This document shows, one piece after another, positions 24,573-33,985 of a stretch of DNA of 39,456 nt. Source of the stretch: a virus; IMG/VR virus record IMGVR_UViG_3300045988_107369, one strand, 5' to 3'. The notes below the pieces were generated by a model. The model worked only from the letters and a program-made list of their open reading frames with translations. It ran no database searches and had not been told where the DNA came from. Each line of letters starts with the position of its first letter. Within the stretch, counting starts at the first letter, position 1. The position numbers and the translations under genes are program-made.

Positions 24573-25049
24573 ATGCTGAACGCTCCTGTTATGGAAGCAA
24601 ATGATGCGGTATCCGGCTCGATGGCCGAGTGCTACGTCACTATTGACGGCAACCGCTACAATATGATGCAGCTGTACAGCTTTGAGTCGTCCGCGAAGGT
24701 CAATTCGCAGGACGTGAAAATCCTCGGCCGTACCGGCATCGGTAAGAAGCCGACCGGCTGGTCCGGTTCGTGGAAGGGCACGGCGCACTTTAACCAGAGC
24801 GTGTTCCGCCGCTGGTTCCTGACCTACTGCAAGACCGGCAGGATGACGCCGTTTGAGATTCAGGTGTCCAACGAGGACCCGTCCTCGTCCGCCGGCCGTC
24901 AGACCATCACGCATACCGGCTGCCTGATCGACAGCTCGATTCTGGCGAAGTTCGACGCGGGCGATACCCTGCTCGATGAGGAGCTTTCCGGTACATTTGA
25001 TAACTGGGATATGCCGGAGGAATTTAACACGCTGTCCGGTATGGAATAA
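24573..25049 (+). CDS. Tail tube protein (XkdM-like)
   Basis: 158 aa. Contains GSMAECYVTIDGNRYNMMQL and GSWKGTAHFN. Follows the sheath gene. Confidence 0.85.
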   Translation: MLNAPVMEANDAVSGSMAECYVTIDGNRYNMMQLYSFESSAKVNSQDVKILGRTGIGKKPTGWSGSWKGTAHFNQSVFRRWFLTYCKTGRMTPFEIQVSNEDPSSSAGRQTITHTGCLIDSSILAKFDAGDTLLDEELSGTFDNWDMPEEFNTLSGME

Positions 25050-25064
25050 GGAGGAATTTGTGCA

Positions 25065-25490
25065 ATGGGTAATCTTACCGCATTTCTGGCGCAGAACGCC
25101 AAACAGGTTGAAAACGTAAAGCTGGTCGTGTCCGACCGCTTCACCGATGAGGACGGCAAGCCGCTCGAGTGGGAGGTGCGCTGCATTTCCTCGCGCGAGG
25201 ACGAAACGCTGCGCCGCGACTGCCAGTACCGCGTACAGGTGCCGGGTAAGCGCGGCAGCTTCCGTCAGGAATTCGATAACGTGCTGTACCTTGCCAAGCT
25301 GGCAGCCGCCTGCACGGTTTATCCGAACCTCAACGACGCAGAATTGCAGGACAGCTACGGCGTAAAGTGCGCCGAGGAGCTGATCTCGGCCATGCTGACG
25401 CCGGGCGAGTATACGAACTACACGGAAAAGCTGTTCGACATCTGCGGCTTCGGTGACAAGCTCGATCTGGTGGAACAGGCAAAAAACTGA
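25065..25490 (+). CDS. Tail assembly chaperone (XkdN-like), zero-frame product
   Basis: 141 aa between the tube and tape measure genes. Ends in the slippery A_AAA_AAC. Confidence 0.8.
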   Translation: MGNLTAFLAQNAKQVENVKLVVSDRFTDEDGKPLEWEVRCISSREDETLRRDCQYRVQVPGKRGSFRQEFDNVLYLAKLAAACTVYPNLNDAELQDSYGVKCAEELISAMLTPGEYTNYTEKLFDICGFGDKLDLVEQAKN

Positions 25491-25678
25491 TTCGGGACGG
25501 TGAGGGCTCTGATGATTATGAAGCGTATGCAGCGCATTACTGCCTGCAAAAGCTCCATATCCTGCCGTCCGAATATTTAAGTCTGCCAAAGGAAGAACGG
25601 GCATTCATCTGGGCGTCCTGTGTCGTGTACAACGAGGACGAAAAGGCCGCTCTGGATAAAGCGAAACGAGGGAGGTGA
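25481..25678 (+). CDS. -1 frameshift extension of the tail chaperone (G/GT-type)
   Basis: Heptamer A AAA AAC (25481..25487) is in the correct phase. The -1 frame stays open for 63 codons (LIRDGEGSDDYEAYAAHYCLQKLHILPSEYLSLPKEERAFIW...) with no start codon of its own. It ends at 25678, at the tape measure start. Confidence 0.75.
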   Translation, partial: KKLIRDGEGSDDYEAYAAHYCLQKLHILPSEYLSLPKEERAFIWASCVVYNEDEKAALDKAKRGR

Positions 25679-25683
25679 GTTCT

Positions 25684-27537
25684 ATGGCACTGTCGGGCAC
25701 CGTCCAGCTGCGCGACGGCATGAGCAACGTGCTCAGCCGTATTGCGTCCAGCCTGAGTGCGGTCAACGACCGGTTTGAGCGGATGCAGAACCTGACTGAA
25801 CAGGCTGCACCGACCGGTCTGTATGCACAATTTAACAGCGAACTGACAGGTGTGCGTGAAGAGCTCACCCGAACCGTGAGCGAAGTCGAGGAGCTGCGGA
25901 GCAGCATGACCTCGGCGCAGCCGCCGGCAGAAAACCTGACGGCCTCACTTAAAAAGCTGGGCACCGCGTTCCTCGGCTCCAAGCTGGTGAGCGGTATCGT
26001 GAGTATGTCGGACGAGCTGACGCAGACCACCGCCCGTCTCAACCTGATGAACGACGGTCTGCAAAGCACGGCGGATTTGCAGGAGCTGATCTACCAGTCC
26101 GCTATGCGCTCGCGCGGCGCGTACAACGCTACAGCGGATGCGGTCGCGAAGATGGGTCTGCTGGCCGGTGACGCATTCAGCAGCAATCAGGAAACGATCG
26201 CGTTTGTCGAGCAGCTGAACAAGCAGTTCAAGATTGCGGGCACGTCCGCCGAGGGACAGGCTGCCGCCATGCTCCAGATCACGCAGGCGATGGGCTCCGG
26301 CGTGCTGCGTGGTGAGGAACTCAACTCGGTATTCGAGCAGGCGCCGACCATCATTCAGTCGATTGCGGATTACCTCGGCGTGTCGGTCGGTGAGATCCGC
26401 AGCATGGCGCAGGAGGGCGAGCTGACGGCGAGCGTCGTCAAGTCCGCGCTGCTGTCCTCGGCGGAGGAAACCAACCAGAAATTCAACGAGATTCCGCTCA
26501 CCTGGTCGGACGTCTGGACGCAGGCCAGCAACATGGCGATCATGGCCTTGCAGCCGCTGCTCGAAGCCATCAACTGGGTGGCGAACAATATTGAGGTCAT
26601 CGGCCCGCTGGTGCTTGCGGCTGCGGCAGCCTTTGCGCTGTTTGCAGTGGCCGCCAACTGGACGAAGATCTGTGCTGCGGCTACGAAGGCGCTGACAGCC
26701 GCGCAGAAAATGCTCAATGCGGTGATGTCGCTCAACCCGATCGTGCTTATCATCGGCTCGATCATCATTCTCATCGGCGTGATCGCGGCGTACATCAACT
26801 ACACGAACCGGGCAAAGAACGAAACGACGAGCGCCGTCGGCGTGATCTGCGGCCTGTTCGCGATGGCAGGAGCGTTCGTCTACAATATGTTCTATCTGCC
26901 GGTCTACAACGTGATTGCCGATCTTATCAACTTCCTCGGCAACGTGTTCCAGCACCCGATTGCATCGATCGAGATTTTGTTTTTGCAGCTCAGCCAGTAT
27001 GTTGTCGGCGTCATCCGCGGAATGGTGAGGACGATCGAGAAGCTCATCAATCTTATTCCGGGCGTGAAGATCAATATCACCAGCGGTCTGGACACATTCT
27101 ACGACAGCTACACCGACAGAATCCAGAAGATCAAGGATCAGTCCGGGTGGACGGAGTACGTTAAGCACAAGGAGAAGATCGAGTATTCGACGGCTTACGC
27201 CAACGGTTACAACTGGGGCGCAAACCTCCAGAACAGCATCTCTGAAAAGCTGGGTCTTGACCTGCCGGACGATCCGGCAACGGGTTTGCTGTCCAACATC
27301 GCGGACAACACCGCCCAGATTGCGGACGATGTGAGCGTATCCTCGGACGACATCAAGCTGCTGCGCGATATTGCCGAGCGGCAGGTCATTAACAAGTACA
27401 CCACCGCCGAGATCAAGGTGGAAATGGTTAACCACAACAACATCTCGAACGAGATGGATCTGGACGGCGTAGTCAATCTGCTGGAAGCCAAGGTCACCGA
27501 GGCGCTTGTCACCAGCGCGGAAGGAGTGCACATCTAA
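25684..27537 (+). CDS. Tail tape measure protein
   Basis: Contains AMLQITQAMGSGVLRGEELNSVFEQAPTIIQSIADYLGVSVGEIRSMAQEGELT (TP901-type motif) and central hydrophobic helices. ATG 25684 follows GGGAGGTG. Confidence 0.92.
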   Translation: MALSGTVQLRDGMSNVLSRIASSLSAVNDRFERMQNLTEQAAPTGLYAQFNSELTGVREELTRTVSEVEELRSSMTSAQPPAENLTASLKKLGTAFLGSKLVSGIVSMSDELTQTTARLNLMNDGLQSTADLQELIYQSAMRSRGAYNATADAVAKMGLLAGDAFSSNQETIAFVEQLNKQFKIAGTSAEGQAAAMLQITQAMGSGVLRGEELNSVFEQAPTIIQSIADYLGVSVGEIRSMAQEGELTASVVKSALLSSAEETNQKFNEIPLTWSDVWTQASNMAIMALQPLLEAINWVANNIEVIGPLVLAAAAAFALFAVAANWTKICAAATKALTAAQKMLNAVMSLNPIVLIIGSIIILIGVIAAYINYTNRAKNETTSAVGVICGLFAMAGAFVYNMFYLPVYNVIADLINFLGNVFQHPIASIEILFLQLSQYVVGVIRGMVRTIEKLINLIPGVKINITSGLDTFYDSYTDRIQKIKDQSGWTEYVKHKEKIEYSTAYANGYNWGANLQNSISEKLGLDLPDDPATGLLSNIADNTAQIADDVSVSSDDIKLLRDIAERQVINKYTTAEIKVEMVNHNNISNEMDLDGVVNLLEAKVTEALVTSAEGVHI

Positions 27538-27539
27538 AT

Positions 27540-28265
27540 ATGTACGAGTTTTACATGGACGGTGTGCGCCTTCCGGTCACGCCGAGTGCGCTGACCATCA
27601 AGATCAGCAACCAGAACAAGACCATTAACCTCATCAACGAGGGTCAGCGCAACATCATCAAGACACCCGGATTGAGCAAGTACAGCTTCAACGCGCTCCT
27701 GCCGAACAGGGAATACCCGTTTGCGTGTTACCCGAACGGCTACCAGCCGGCACAGTATTATATGTCACTGCTGGAAAAGCTCAAGCGCGAGTGCAAGCCG
27801 TTTGAGTTTTTGGTTATCCGCACGGATGACGCAGGCAATCTGCTGATGACGAACGACCCGGACAAGCCGCTCATGGTATCGTTGGAAAGCTACGAACTGA
27901 GCGAGGATGCCGGTAGCTACGGCGTTGACGTGATGGCGAAAATTGAACTGCTGACTTATGTGGATGTCAAGACCAAGCTGATCGAGTTCAAAAAGAGCGA
28001 GAGTAGCAATTCCACCACCAAGAAAGCGACCGTCACGCAGAAGCGCGACACTACAACCGCACCGGCCGGCAAGACGTACACCGTCAAGCAGGGTGATACC
28101 CTGTGGGACATTGCCCGCGTGAAGTTGGGGAACGGTACTAAGTGGCAGTCTATCTATAATCTGAACAAGGCTGCCATTGAAGCCGCAGCGAAGAAATACG
28201 GTAGATCAAGCAGCAGTAACGGCTGGTGGATCTACCCCGGTACCGTGCTCAAGCTGCCGAGTTAA
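27540..28265 (+). CDS. LysM-domain tail protein (XkdP-like)
   Basis: C-terminal YTVKQGDTLWDIARVKLGNGTKWQSIYNLN...GTVLKLP is a LysM domain. Confidence 0.85.
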   Translation: MYEFYMDGVRLPVTPSALTIKISNQNKTINLINEGQRNIIKTPGLSKYSFNALLPNREYPFACYPNGYQPAQYYMSLLEKLKRECKPFEFLVIRTDDAGNLLMTNDPDKPLMVSLESYELSEDAGSYGVDVMAKIELLTYVDVKTKLIEFKKSESSNSTTKKATVTQKRDTTTAPAGKTYTVKQGDTLWDIARVKLGNGTKWQSIYNLNKAAIEAAAKKYGRSSSSNGWWIYPGTVLKLPS

Positions 28266-28277
28266 GGAGGGGAGAAC

Positions 28278-30152
28278 ATGGGTAAATATGTTTGGCCGTG
28301 TCCGTCCTACTCACGTATGTCGAGCGGCTATGGTAACCGCGTACACCCAATTTACGGCACTGTCAAGTTTCATGATGGTGTTGACTTGGCAGCGGCATCG
28401 GGCGTGCCGATTCTCGCTTTTGGATCGGGCACTGTAACGGTATCCGGTTTGAACGGAGGTTATGGTAACTACATCAGTATTAACCATGGTGGCGGTCTGA
28501 TGAGTTTCTACGGACATTGTTCGAAGCTGTATGTTTCAAAGGGCGCGAAAGTTTCCGCAGGTCAGAAGATTGCAGCCGTTGGTACAACTGGCAACTCGAC
28601 CGGCTGTCACCTGCATTTTGGTATGCACTTGAACGGTTTGTCGGTCAATCCGCTGAACTATGTATCGTCGAAGGACACAGTATCTAACTATACCGGCTCT
28701 AAATCGTCTGGTACTGCTACAAATACGGTTAAGGCACTCTTTACCGCCTATTATCCTGCGAATAATGCTATGGAGGGCGGTTTTCTTGATGCGCTCGGCA
28801 ACAGGTTAGACCCAAGCAAGCACACCTGTGCCGCACCGCCAAGCGTACCGTTTGGTACTAAGGTTACAGTGCAGGGTACAGGTACAGCGCTTGATGGAGT
28901 GACGTACACGGTTAATGACCGTGGCGGCATGATTCAAATCGAAAACGGCGTGTACCACTTCGACCTCTTGATGTCCTCGAACGCCGAATGTAACAACTGG
29001 GGCAGGCGAAAAGGTACCGCCATCATCGGCGGTTCTGGTTCTTCAAGTTCGTCCGGTTCATCCGGTTCGAGTACCGAGAAGAAAAAGAAGGATATCACAA
29101 CCGTTGTTGTTAAGTCTGTCACAGGTGCAGCAGGTACGCGCAAGGAAATCTTGCGTGATGTGCCGTCTTATCAGTTGCCAGGCGCGGAGGTTATCATTCA
29201 GAACAAGAAAGGTCAGTTACAGTCACCTGTTATCGAAGGTGATATTGTATGGGAAACCTCGCGTAGAGATTCCGCTTCTTCGCTGACATTCACTGTGGTT
29301 AAGGATGAAACGCTCAACTTCCATGAGGGTAACCCTGTATCGTTCCGGTTCAACGGTGCAAACGTGTTCTATGGCTATGTGTTCAAGAAAAGCCGCAGTG
29401 ATAGCAGGCTGATTAAGGTCACCTGCTATGATCAGTTGCGCTACTTCAAGAACAAAGACACGATTTCGTACACGAACAAGACCTATACCGAGGTATTGAA
29501 GATGCTTGCTGCTGACTACGGCTTGAAGGTCGGAACAGTAGTAGACACCAAGTATAAAATCCCGCAACGTATTGAAGAAGGAACTCTGTTTGATATGTTG
29601 GGCAATGCATCCGACCTCACGATTATCAATACTGGTAAAATGTACGTTCTGTATGACGATTTCGGCAAACTGTGTTTGAAGCCTTACGAGGATTTACTTT
29701 TACCTCTCTATGTGGATGAAAGCAACACACAGGCATACAGCTATACTTCCTCGATTGATACGGATGTGTACAACAGAATCAAACTGGCATGGGATAATGA
29801 CGAAACAGGCGTGCGTGAAGTACACGTTATGAATAACGCGGCAAGTCAAAGTAAATGGGGCGTTTTGCAGTATTATGAAAAGCTGGACAATGCTTTGAAT
29901 ACTGCTGACCTGCAAACTAAGGCGAAAGCGCTCATGAACTATTACAATGTTATTCACCGTGAGCTGAGCATGCAGAAGGTGTTCGGGGATGTGAGAGCCA
30001 GAGCAGGCGCGTCCGTCTGCGTCGGTATGGGTCTGGGCGACATCAACATCAAGAACTATATGTGCATCGAAAAGGCAAAGCACACGTTCTCACACGGACT
30101 TTACACGATGGATTTGTACCTGAGCGGAATTCGAGGTGAGTTTAGTGCCTAA
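28278..30152 (+). CDS. Baseplate hub (XkdQ / gpD-like) fused to an M23 peptidase and a 3D (MltA-like) domain
   Basis: M23 signature: HDGVDLAA, GYGNYISINHGGG and GCHLHFG. 3D signature: VPFGTKVTVQGTG..YTVNDRGGMI..HFDLL. A Ser/Gly linker follows, then an XkdQ-like C-terminal half. Confidence 0.85.
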   Translation: MGKYVWPCPSYSRMSSGYGNRVHPIYGTVKFHDGVDLAAASGVPILAFGSGTVTVSGLNGGYGNYISINHGGGLMSFYGHCSKLYVSKGAKVSAGQKIAAVGTTGNSTGCHLHFGMHLNGLSVNPLNYVSSKDTVSNYTGSKSSGTATNTVKALFTAYYPANNAMEGGFLDALGNRLDPSKHTCAAPPSVPFGTKVTVQGTGTALDGVTYTVNDRGGMIQIENGVYHFDLLMSSNAECNNWGRRKGTAIIGGSGSSSSSGSSGSSTEKKKKDITTVVVKSVTGAAGTRKEILRDVPSYQLPGAEVIIQNKKGQLQSPVIEGDIVWETSRRDSASSLTFTVVKDETLNFHEGNPVSFRFNGANVFYGYVFKKSRSDSRLIKVTCYDQLRYFKNKDTISYTNKTYTEVLKMLAADYGLKVGTVVDTKYKIPQRIEEGTLFDMLGNASDLTIINTGKMYVLYDDFGKLCLKPYEDLLLPLYVDESNTQAYSYTSSIDTDVYNRIKLAWDNDETGVREVHVMNNAASQSKWGVLQYYEKLDNALNTADLQTKAKALMNYYNVIHRELSMQKVFGDVRARAGASVCVGMGLGDINIKNYMCIEKAKHTFSHGLYTMDLYLSGIRGEFSA

Positions 30153-30417
30153 TACGCAGCGTTTTATCAACACGTTAAAACAGATTGCCGCGAATGAGCG
30201 TCAAGCCGCTTTGCCGATGACAATCTGCTTCGGCAAGGTGATTGCACTCTCGCCGTTCCGTGTGCAGATCGACCAGAAACTTGTACTCACCAAGGAGTTT
30301 TTCATCGTGAAAAGCGGCGTGAGCGCATCCTCATTCAAGGTGGGCGATATGCTCATCCTGTTCCGCAATGAGGGCGGGCAAAAGTACCTGATATTCGACA
30401 AGAAAGGGGCGCTGTAA
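30136..30417 (+). CDS. XkdR-like small baseplate protein (DUF2577-like)
   Basis: Position and size fit. Contains GKVIALSPFRVQIDQKLVL. GTG 30145 is an alternative start. Confidence 0.6.
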   Translation: MSLVPNTQRFINTLKQIAANERQAALPMTICFGKVIALSPFRVQIDQKLVLTKEFFIVKSGVSASSFKVGDMLILFRNEGGQKYLIFDKKGAL

Positions 30418-30836
30418 TGCTGCCGACAGAGTATAATGACGATCTCGTGCAGGATTTCGAGATTGAAACACAGCCTACGCGCACCTATGCGCTGCGGTTT
30501 GACGGCTACCCGTGTTCCGGCGGCAAGCTGGACGGACTGGAAGCCATGAAGCAGGCAATCTTCCTGATTCTTCAGACCGAACGGTTTCAGTATGCCATCT
30601 ATTCATGGAATTACGGTATCGAGCTGAACGCCCTGCTCGGTCAGACCATGACGCCGTATCTGCAGGCCAAGGTTGTCAAGGCGATTGAAGATGCACTCAT
30701 GGCAGACGATCGTGTGCTCTCGGTTGAGCAGTTTTCGTTCACCAAGGGCAAGCGCAGCCTGCTTGTGAAATTTACCGTAACCACGACCGAGGGCGACGTG
30801 GAAAGCGAATTTGAGTTTGGAGGTGAAGCGGCATGA
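30417..30836 (+). CDS. XkdS-like baseplate protein (DUF2634 / gpW-gp25-like)
   Basis: Contains AMKQAIFLILQTERFQYAIYSWNYGIEL and KAIEDALMADDRV. Confidence 0.75.
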   Translation: MLPTEYNDDLVQDFEIETQPTRTYALRFDGYPCSGGKLDGLEAMKQAIFLILQTERFQYAIYSWNYGIELNALLGQTMTPYLQAKVVKAIEDALMADDRVLSVEQFSFTKGKRSLLVKFTVTTTEGDVESEFEFGGEAA

Positions 30837-31912
30837 TCGGACGATACTCGGACGAAATGACGTTTGACTACATTATGAACCGTATGCTGGAATCCGTGCC
30901 GGATACGGTGGACAAGCGCGAGGGCAGCATCATCTATGACGCGCTCGCACCGGCAGCCGCAGAGCTTGTCAAGTGCTACATGGAACTGGACGTCGTGATG
31001 GACGAAACATTTGTTGATACGGCGTCGCTCCAGTACCTTATGCTGCGCTGCAAAGAGCGCGGCGTAGCTATTCAAGGTGAAACGGCTGCTGTTATCGAGG
31101 GCGTGTTTACGCCGTCCTCGGTGGAGCTGACCGCCGGTCTGAGGTTCAACTGCGACGAGGTGAACTACACCATCACAGAAAAGATTTCGGCAGGTCGCTA
31201 TAAGCTGGAAGCTGAAACGTTCGGTACGGTCGGCAACAAGTATACCGGCCTGCTGCTGCCGATCCAGACCGTCAACGGGCTGGAAACCGCCCAGATTGTG
31301 GCGGTGCTCATTCCGGCCGAGGACGGCGACACGACCGACACGCTGCGTGAGAAGTATTACGCCAGTATTGACGGTGAAGCGTTCGGCGGCAATGTGGCCG
31401 ACTACCGCGAGAAGGTCAACGCGATTACAGGTGTTGGCGGTGTTAAGGTCTACCCAGTCTGGAACGGTGGCGGTACGGTCAAGCTGACTGTTATCGCATC
31501 CGACTATACCGCGCCGAGTAGCGAGCTTATCAGCAAGGTACAGACCGCCATTGACCCCGAGGAAAATCAGGGCGAAGGCTTAGGCCTTGCGCCGATCGGG
31601 CACACCGTGACTGTCGCCGGTGCGAGGTACGCCGACATTGCTATCACAACCAATATCACCTTTGCGACCGGCTGGGCGTGGTCGAGCGCACAGTCGCAAG
31701 TGGAGAGCGCGGTCAAGATGTACTTTGCCGAGCTTGCGAAGGTCTGGGCGGACAGTGCGACGACCGTTGTCCGTATCTCGCAGATCGAGACGCATTTGCT
31801 GGCGCTCGACTGCGTGGTGGACGTGGAGGACACGACCATCAACGGCAGTGTGAAGAACATCGAGCTGGCAGCGGACGAAATTCCACGCCTCGGCAGTATC
31901 GGAGGTGCGTAA
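30833..31912 (+). CDS. Baseplate J-like protein (XkdT-like)
   Basis: 359 aa. Contains REGSIIYDALAPAAAEL. Assigned by motif and position. Confidence 0.85.
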   Translation: MIGRYSDEMTFDYIMNRMLESVPDTVDKREGSIIYDALAPAAAELVKCYMELDVVMDETFVDTASLQYLMLRCKERGVAIQGETAAVIEGVFTPSSVELTAGLRFNCDEVNYTITEKISAGRYKLEAETFGTVGNKYTGLLLPIQTVNGLETAQIVAVLIPAEDGDTTDTLREKYYASIDGEAFGGNVADYREKVNAITGVGGVKVYPVWNGGGTVKLTVIASDYTAPSSELISKVQTAIDPEENQGEGLGLAPIGHTVTVAGARYADIAITTNITFATGWAWSSAQSQVESAVKMYFAELAKVWADSATTVVRISQIETHLLALDCVVDVEDTTINGSVKNIELAADEIPRLGSIGGA

Positions 31913-32463
31913 TGCGTAAGAAATTGCAGGACTACTTGCCGCCGGTGCTACTCAAAACCTATGAGTTCCCGTTGTTGTGCAAGACGGAACAGCCGGAATT
32001 TGACCGGCTGAACGCCGCTGCCACTGCGGTTCTGGATGCACAGTTTGTCACTACGGCAGGAGAACGTGGTATCGCTCGGTATGAGAAAATCTTCAAGATT
32101 ACGCCGATGGACACGGACACACTGGACGAGCGCCGGTTCCGCGTGCTGGCGAGAATCAATGCACAGCTGCCGTTCTCGGTGCGCCGCCTGCGGCAGCAGC
32201 TTGAAACGCTCTGCGGTGCGGACGGCTACAAGCTGGAACTGGACGGCAACAGGTACACATTGACGGTCAAAGTCGCGCTGATCGCAAAGCGCAATCAGCA
32301 GGCAGTTGAAGAACTGCTCGCGGACATTGTACCCGCGAATATGGTCTGCACAACATCACTGCTGTACAATCAGCACGCAGACCTGACACGCTTCACGCAC
32401 GCACAGCTTGCCTTGCTTACGCATTTTGAAATTAGAGAGGAAGTGTTGCCGGATGGCGAGTAA
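31912..32463 (+). CDS. XkdU-like tail protein (DUF2313 / P2 gpI-like)
   Basis: ATG 31912 overlaps the upstream stop (TAATG). Contains LQDYLPPVL and RRFRVLARINAQLPFS. Confidence 0.75.
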   Translation: MRKKLQDYLPPVLLKTYEFPLLCKTEQPEFDRLNAAATAVLDAQFVTTAGERGIARYEKIFKITPMDTDTLDERRFRVLARINAQLPFSVRRLRQQLETLCGADGYKLELDGNRYTLTVKVALIAKRNQQAVEELLADIVPANMVCTTSLLYNQHADLTRFTHAQLALLTHFEIREEVLPDGE

Positions 32464-33985
32464 AACGACAAACTACGGACTGAATAAGCACAGTCCGCAG
32501 GATTTCTACAATGTAGAAGCCAGAAATGAGAACTGGGATAAGATTGACACCGAACTGAAGAATAACGTTGATGCTGTTAATGCCCGTGTAAAGACCACTG
32601 AACTTGCAGCAGAAGTGAAGAAGGTTGTCAAGGACGGAAGTCTGACCGCTGCTGACCTCGGTGCAGAAAAAGCCGGAGCGGCAGCAGCGCTTGAAAAGAA
32701 AGTAGATGCGCTGGGTGCCGGTGACGTTGGTGCTGACCCGTCCGGCACGGCTGCAAATGCGGTGTCCACGCATAACACGAGCACAAGCGCACATTCTGCA
32801 CAGTTTGCCAAGAAACAGGACAAAATCAAGGGCAAGAAGGGAAAGTACCTCGGTTTTACGGCAACTGATACCGTGGGCGAGGTAGACGCGCCTGCATCCG
32901 GCGGCAGTCGGATTACGCTGACGTTTGCGGCTGATTTTGTCGGTCAGGCATGGACGCTCAAGGGCGGCGGTGAAACCTACACCGGTACGGTGGACAGCAG
33001 CAAGACGGCTACGGTCAGCGTGCTGGGCATTAACACGACGTACACGTTGAGTGCAGCGCTGTCCGGCACGACGTACACCGCCGAGGTGACGACCAAGGAC
33101 TATTACACGGCGCTGAGTGTCAATCTTGAGAAATTCCAGAGTACGATTACCGTAACCGTAGACAGTGGTTCAACAGTTACGGTGACACTGGGCAGCACGG
33201 TATTGACCAAGACGAGCACCGGTACGGCTGTGTTTACCGTCGGTAAGGCGGGCACATGGGCAATTAAGGCTACCAAGGACGGCAACACGGCAACCGGCAC
33301 GGTGGAGATTACAGTCAGTGGTCAGAGCAAGTCGCTGACGCTGAGTTACGCTAACGTTTTTGGCGTGTGCTGGGATACGAGCAATTCGAGCACGGCGCTG
33401 ACGCGCTTAACACCGAGCACTGACCCTTATGGGTATGTTACCAAGAGTGTTACGACTGAGCCTAAACCGGCAGTCGGCACAGGTTCGGGCAGTTCGCCTT
33501 TTGACAGCTATGCACCGTGGAGCGGGATGAAGGAATGCAACCTCGATAGCTCCGGTAAGGTGACGGCGTGGAAGGGGGATGCAGGATTTTCTCGTTCCAA
33601 TAAGTATACAATGGTATTCGTGCCGGAGTTTTGGTTTGCAACCAAAACTAACGGAGACAAAAGATATTTTTATGTATCGGATAAAGAAAAAGACGGAATG
33701 GCTAAACATCCCGGAAGCGGATGCTATGTAGGCAAATATGTATTTCCTAATGGCGGAGCTGGTAGTCAGAATGGAATCAGTGCTTATGTTAAAATTACTC
33801 GAGCAAAAGCTCGTACACTTGCGAAAGCTATTGGAAGCCGGTATCACCTTTATGACTATGCAACATATTGTGCAATCACATTGTTGTATTTAATTGAATT
33901 TGCTGATTGGAACTCTCAAAAAAAGTTGGAGCAGGTCGCGTGTCTGGCGGAAGAGAAATGTCTTGTGGCTACTCGGATGATATGA
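32456..33985 (+). CDS. Tail fibre protein, zero-frame product (frame breaks inside the distal domain)
   Basis: N-terminus TTNYGLNKHSPQDFYNVEARNENWDKID is typical of phage fibres. After the A7 tract (33918..33924) the frame runs 20 nonsense-looking codons to a stop. Confidence 0.8.
   Translation, partial: ASKTTNYGLNKHSPQDFYNVEARNENWDKIDTELKNNVDAVNARVKTTELAAEVKKVVKDGSLTAADLGAEKAGAAAALEKKVDALGAGDVGADPSGTAANAVSTHNTSTSAHSAQFAKKQDKIKGKKGKYLGFTATDTVGEVDAPASGGSRITLTFAADFVGQAWTLKGGGETYTGTVDSSKTATVSVLGINTTYTLSAALSGTTYTAEVTTKDYYTALSVNLEKFQSTITVTVDSGSTVTVTLGSTVLTKTSTGTAVFTVGKAGTWAIKATKDGNTATGTVEITVSGQSKSLTLSYANVFGVCWDTSNSSTALTRLTPSTDPYGYVTKSVTTEPKPAVGTGSGSSPFDSYAPWSGMKECNLDSSGKVTAWKGDAGFSRSNKYTMVFVPEFWFATKTNGDKRYFYVSDKEKDGMAKHPGSGCYVGKYVFPNGGAGSQNGISAYVKITRAKARTLAKAIGSRYHLYDYATYCAITLLYLIEFADWNSQKKLEQVACLAEEKCLVATRMI

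Noticed and set aside
23425-27531. Series of long minus-strand ORFs (359, 356 and 528 aa) opposite the sheath, tube, chaperone and tape measure genes
   Set aside because: These are antisense shadows. The plus-strand genes have family-typical motifs and operon-style stop/start coupling, while the minus-strand ORFs have neither.
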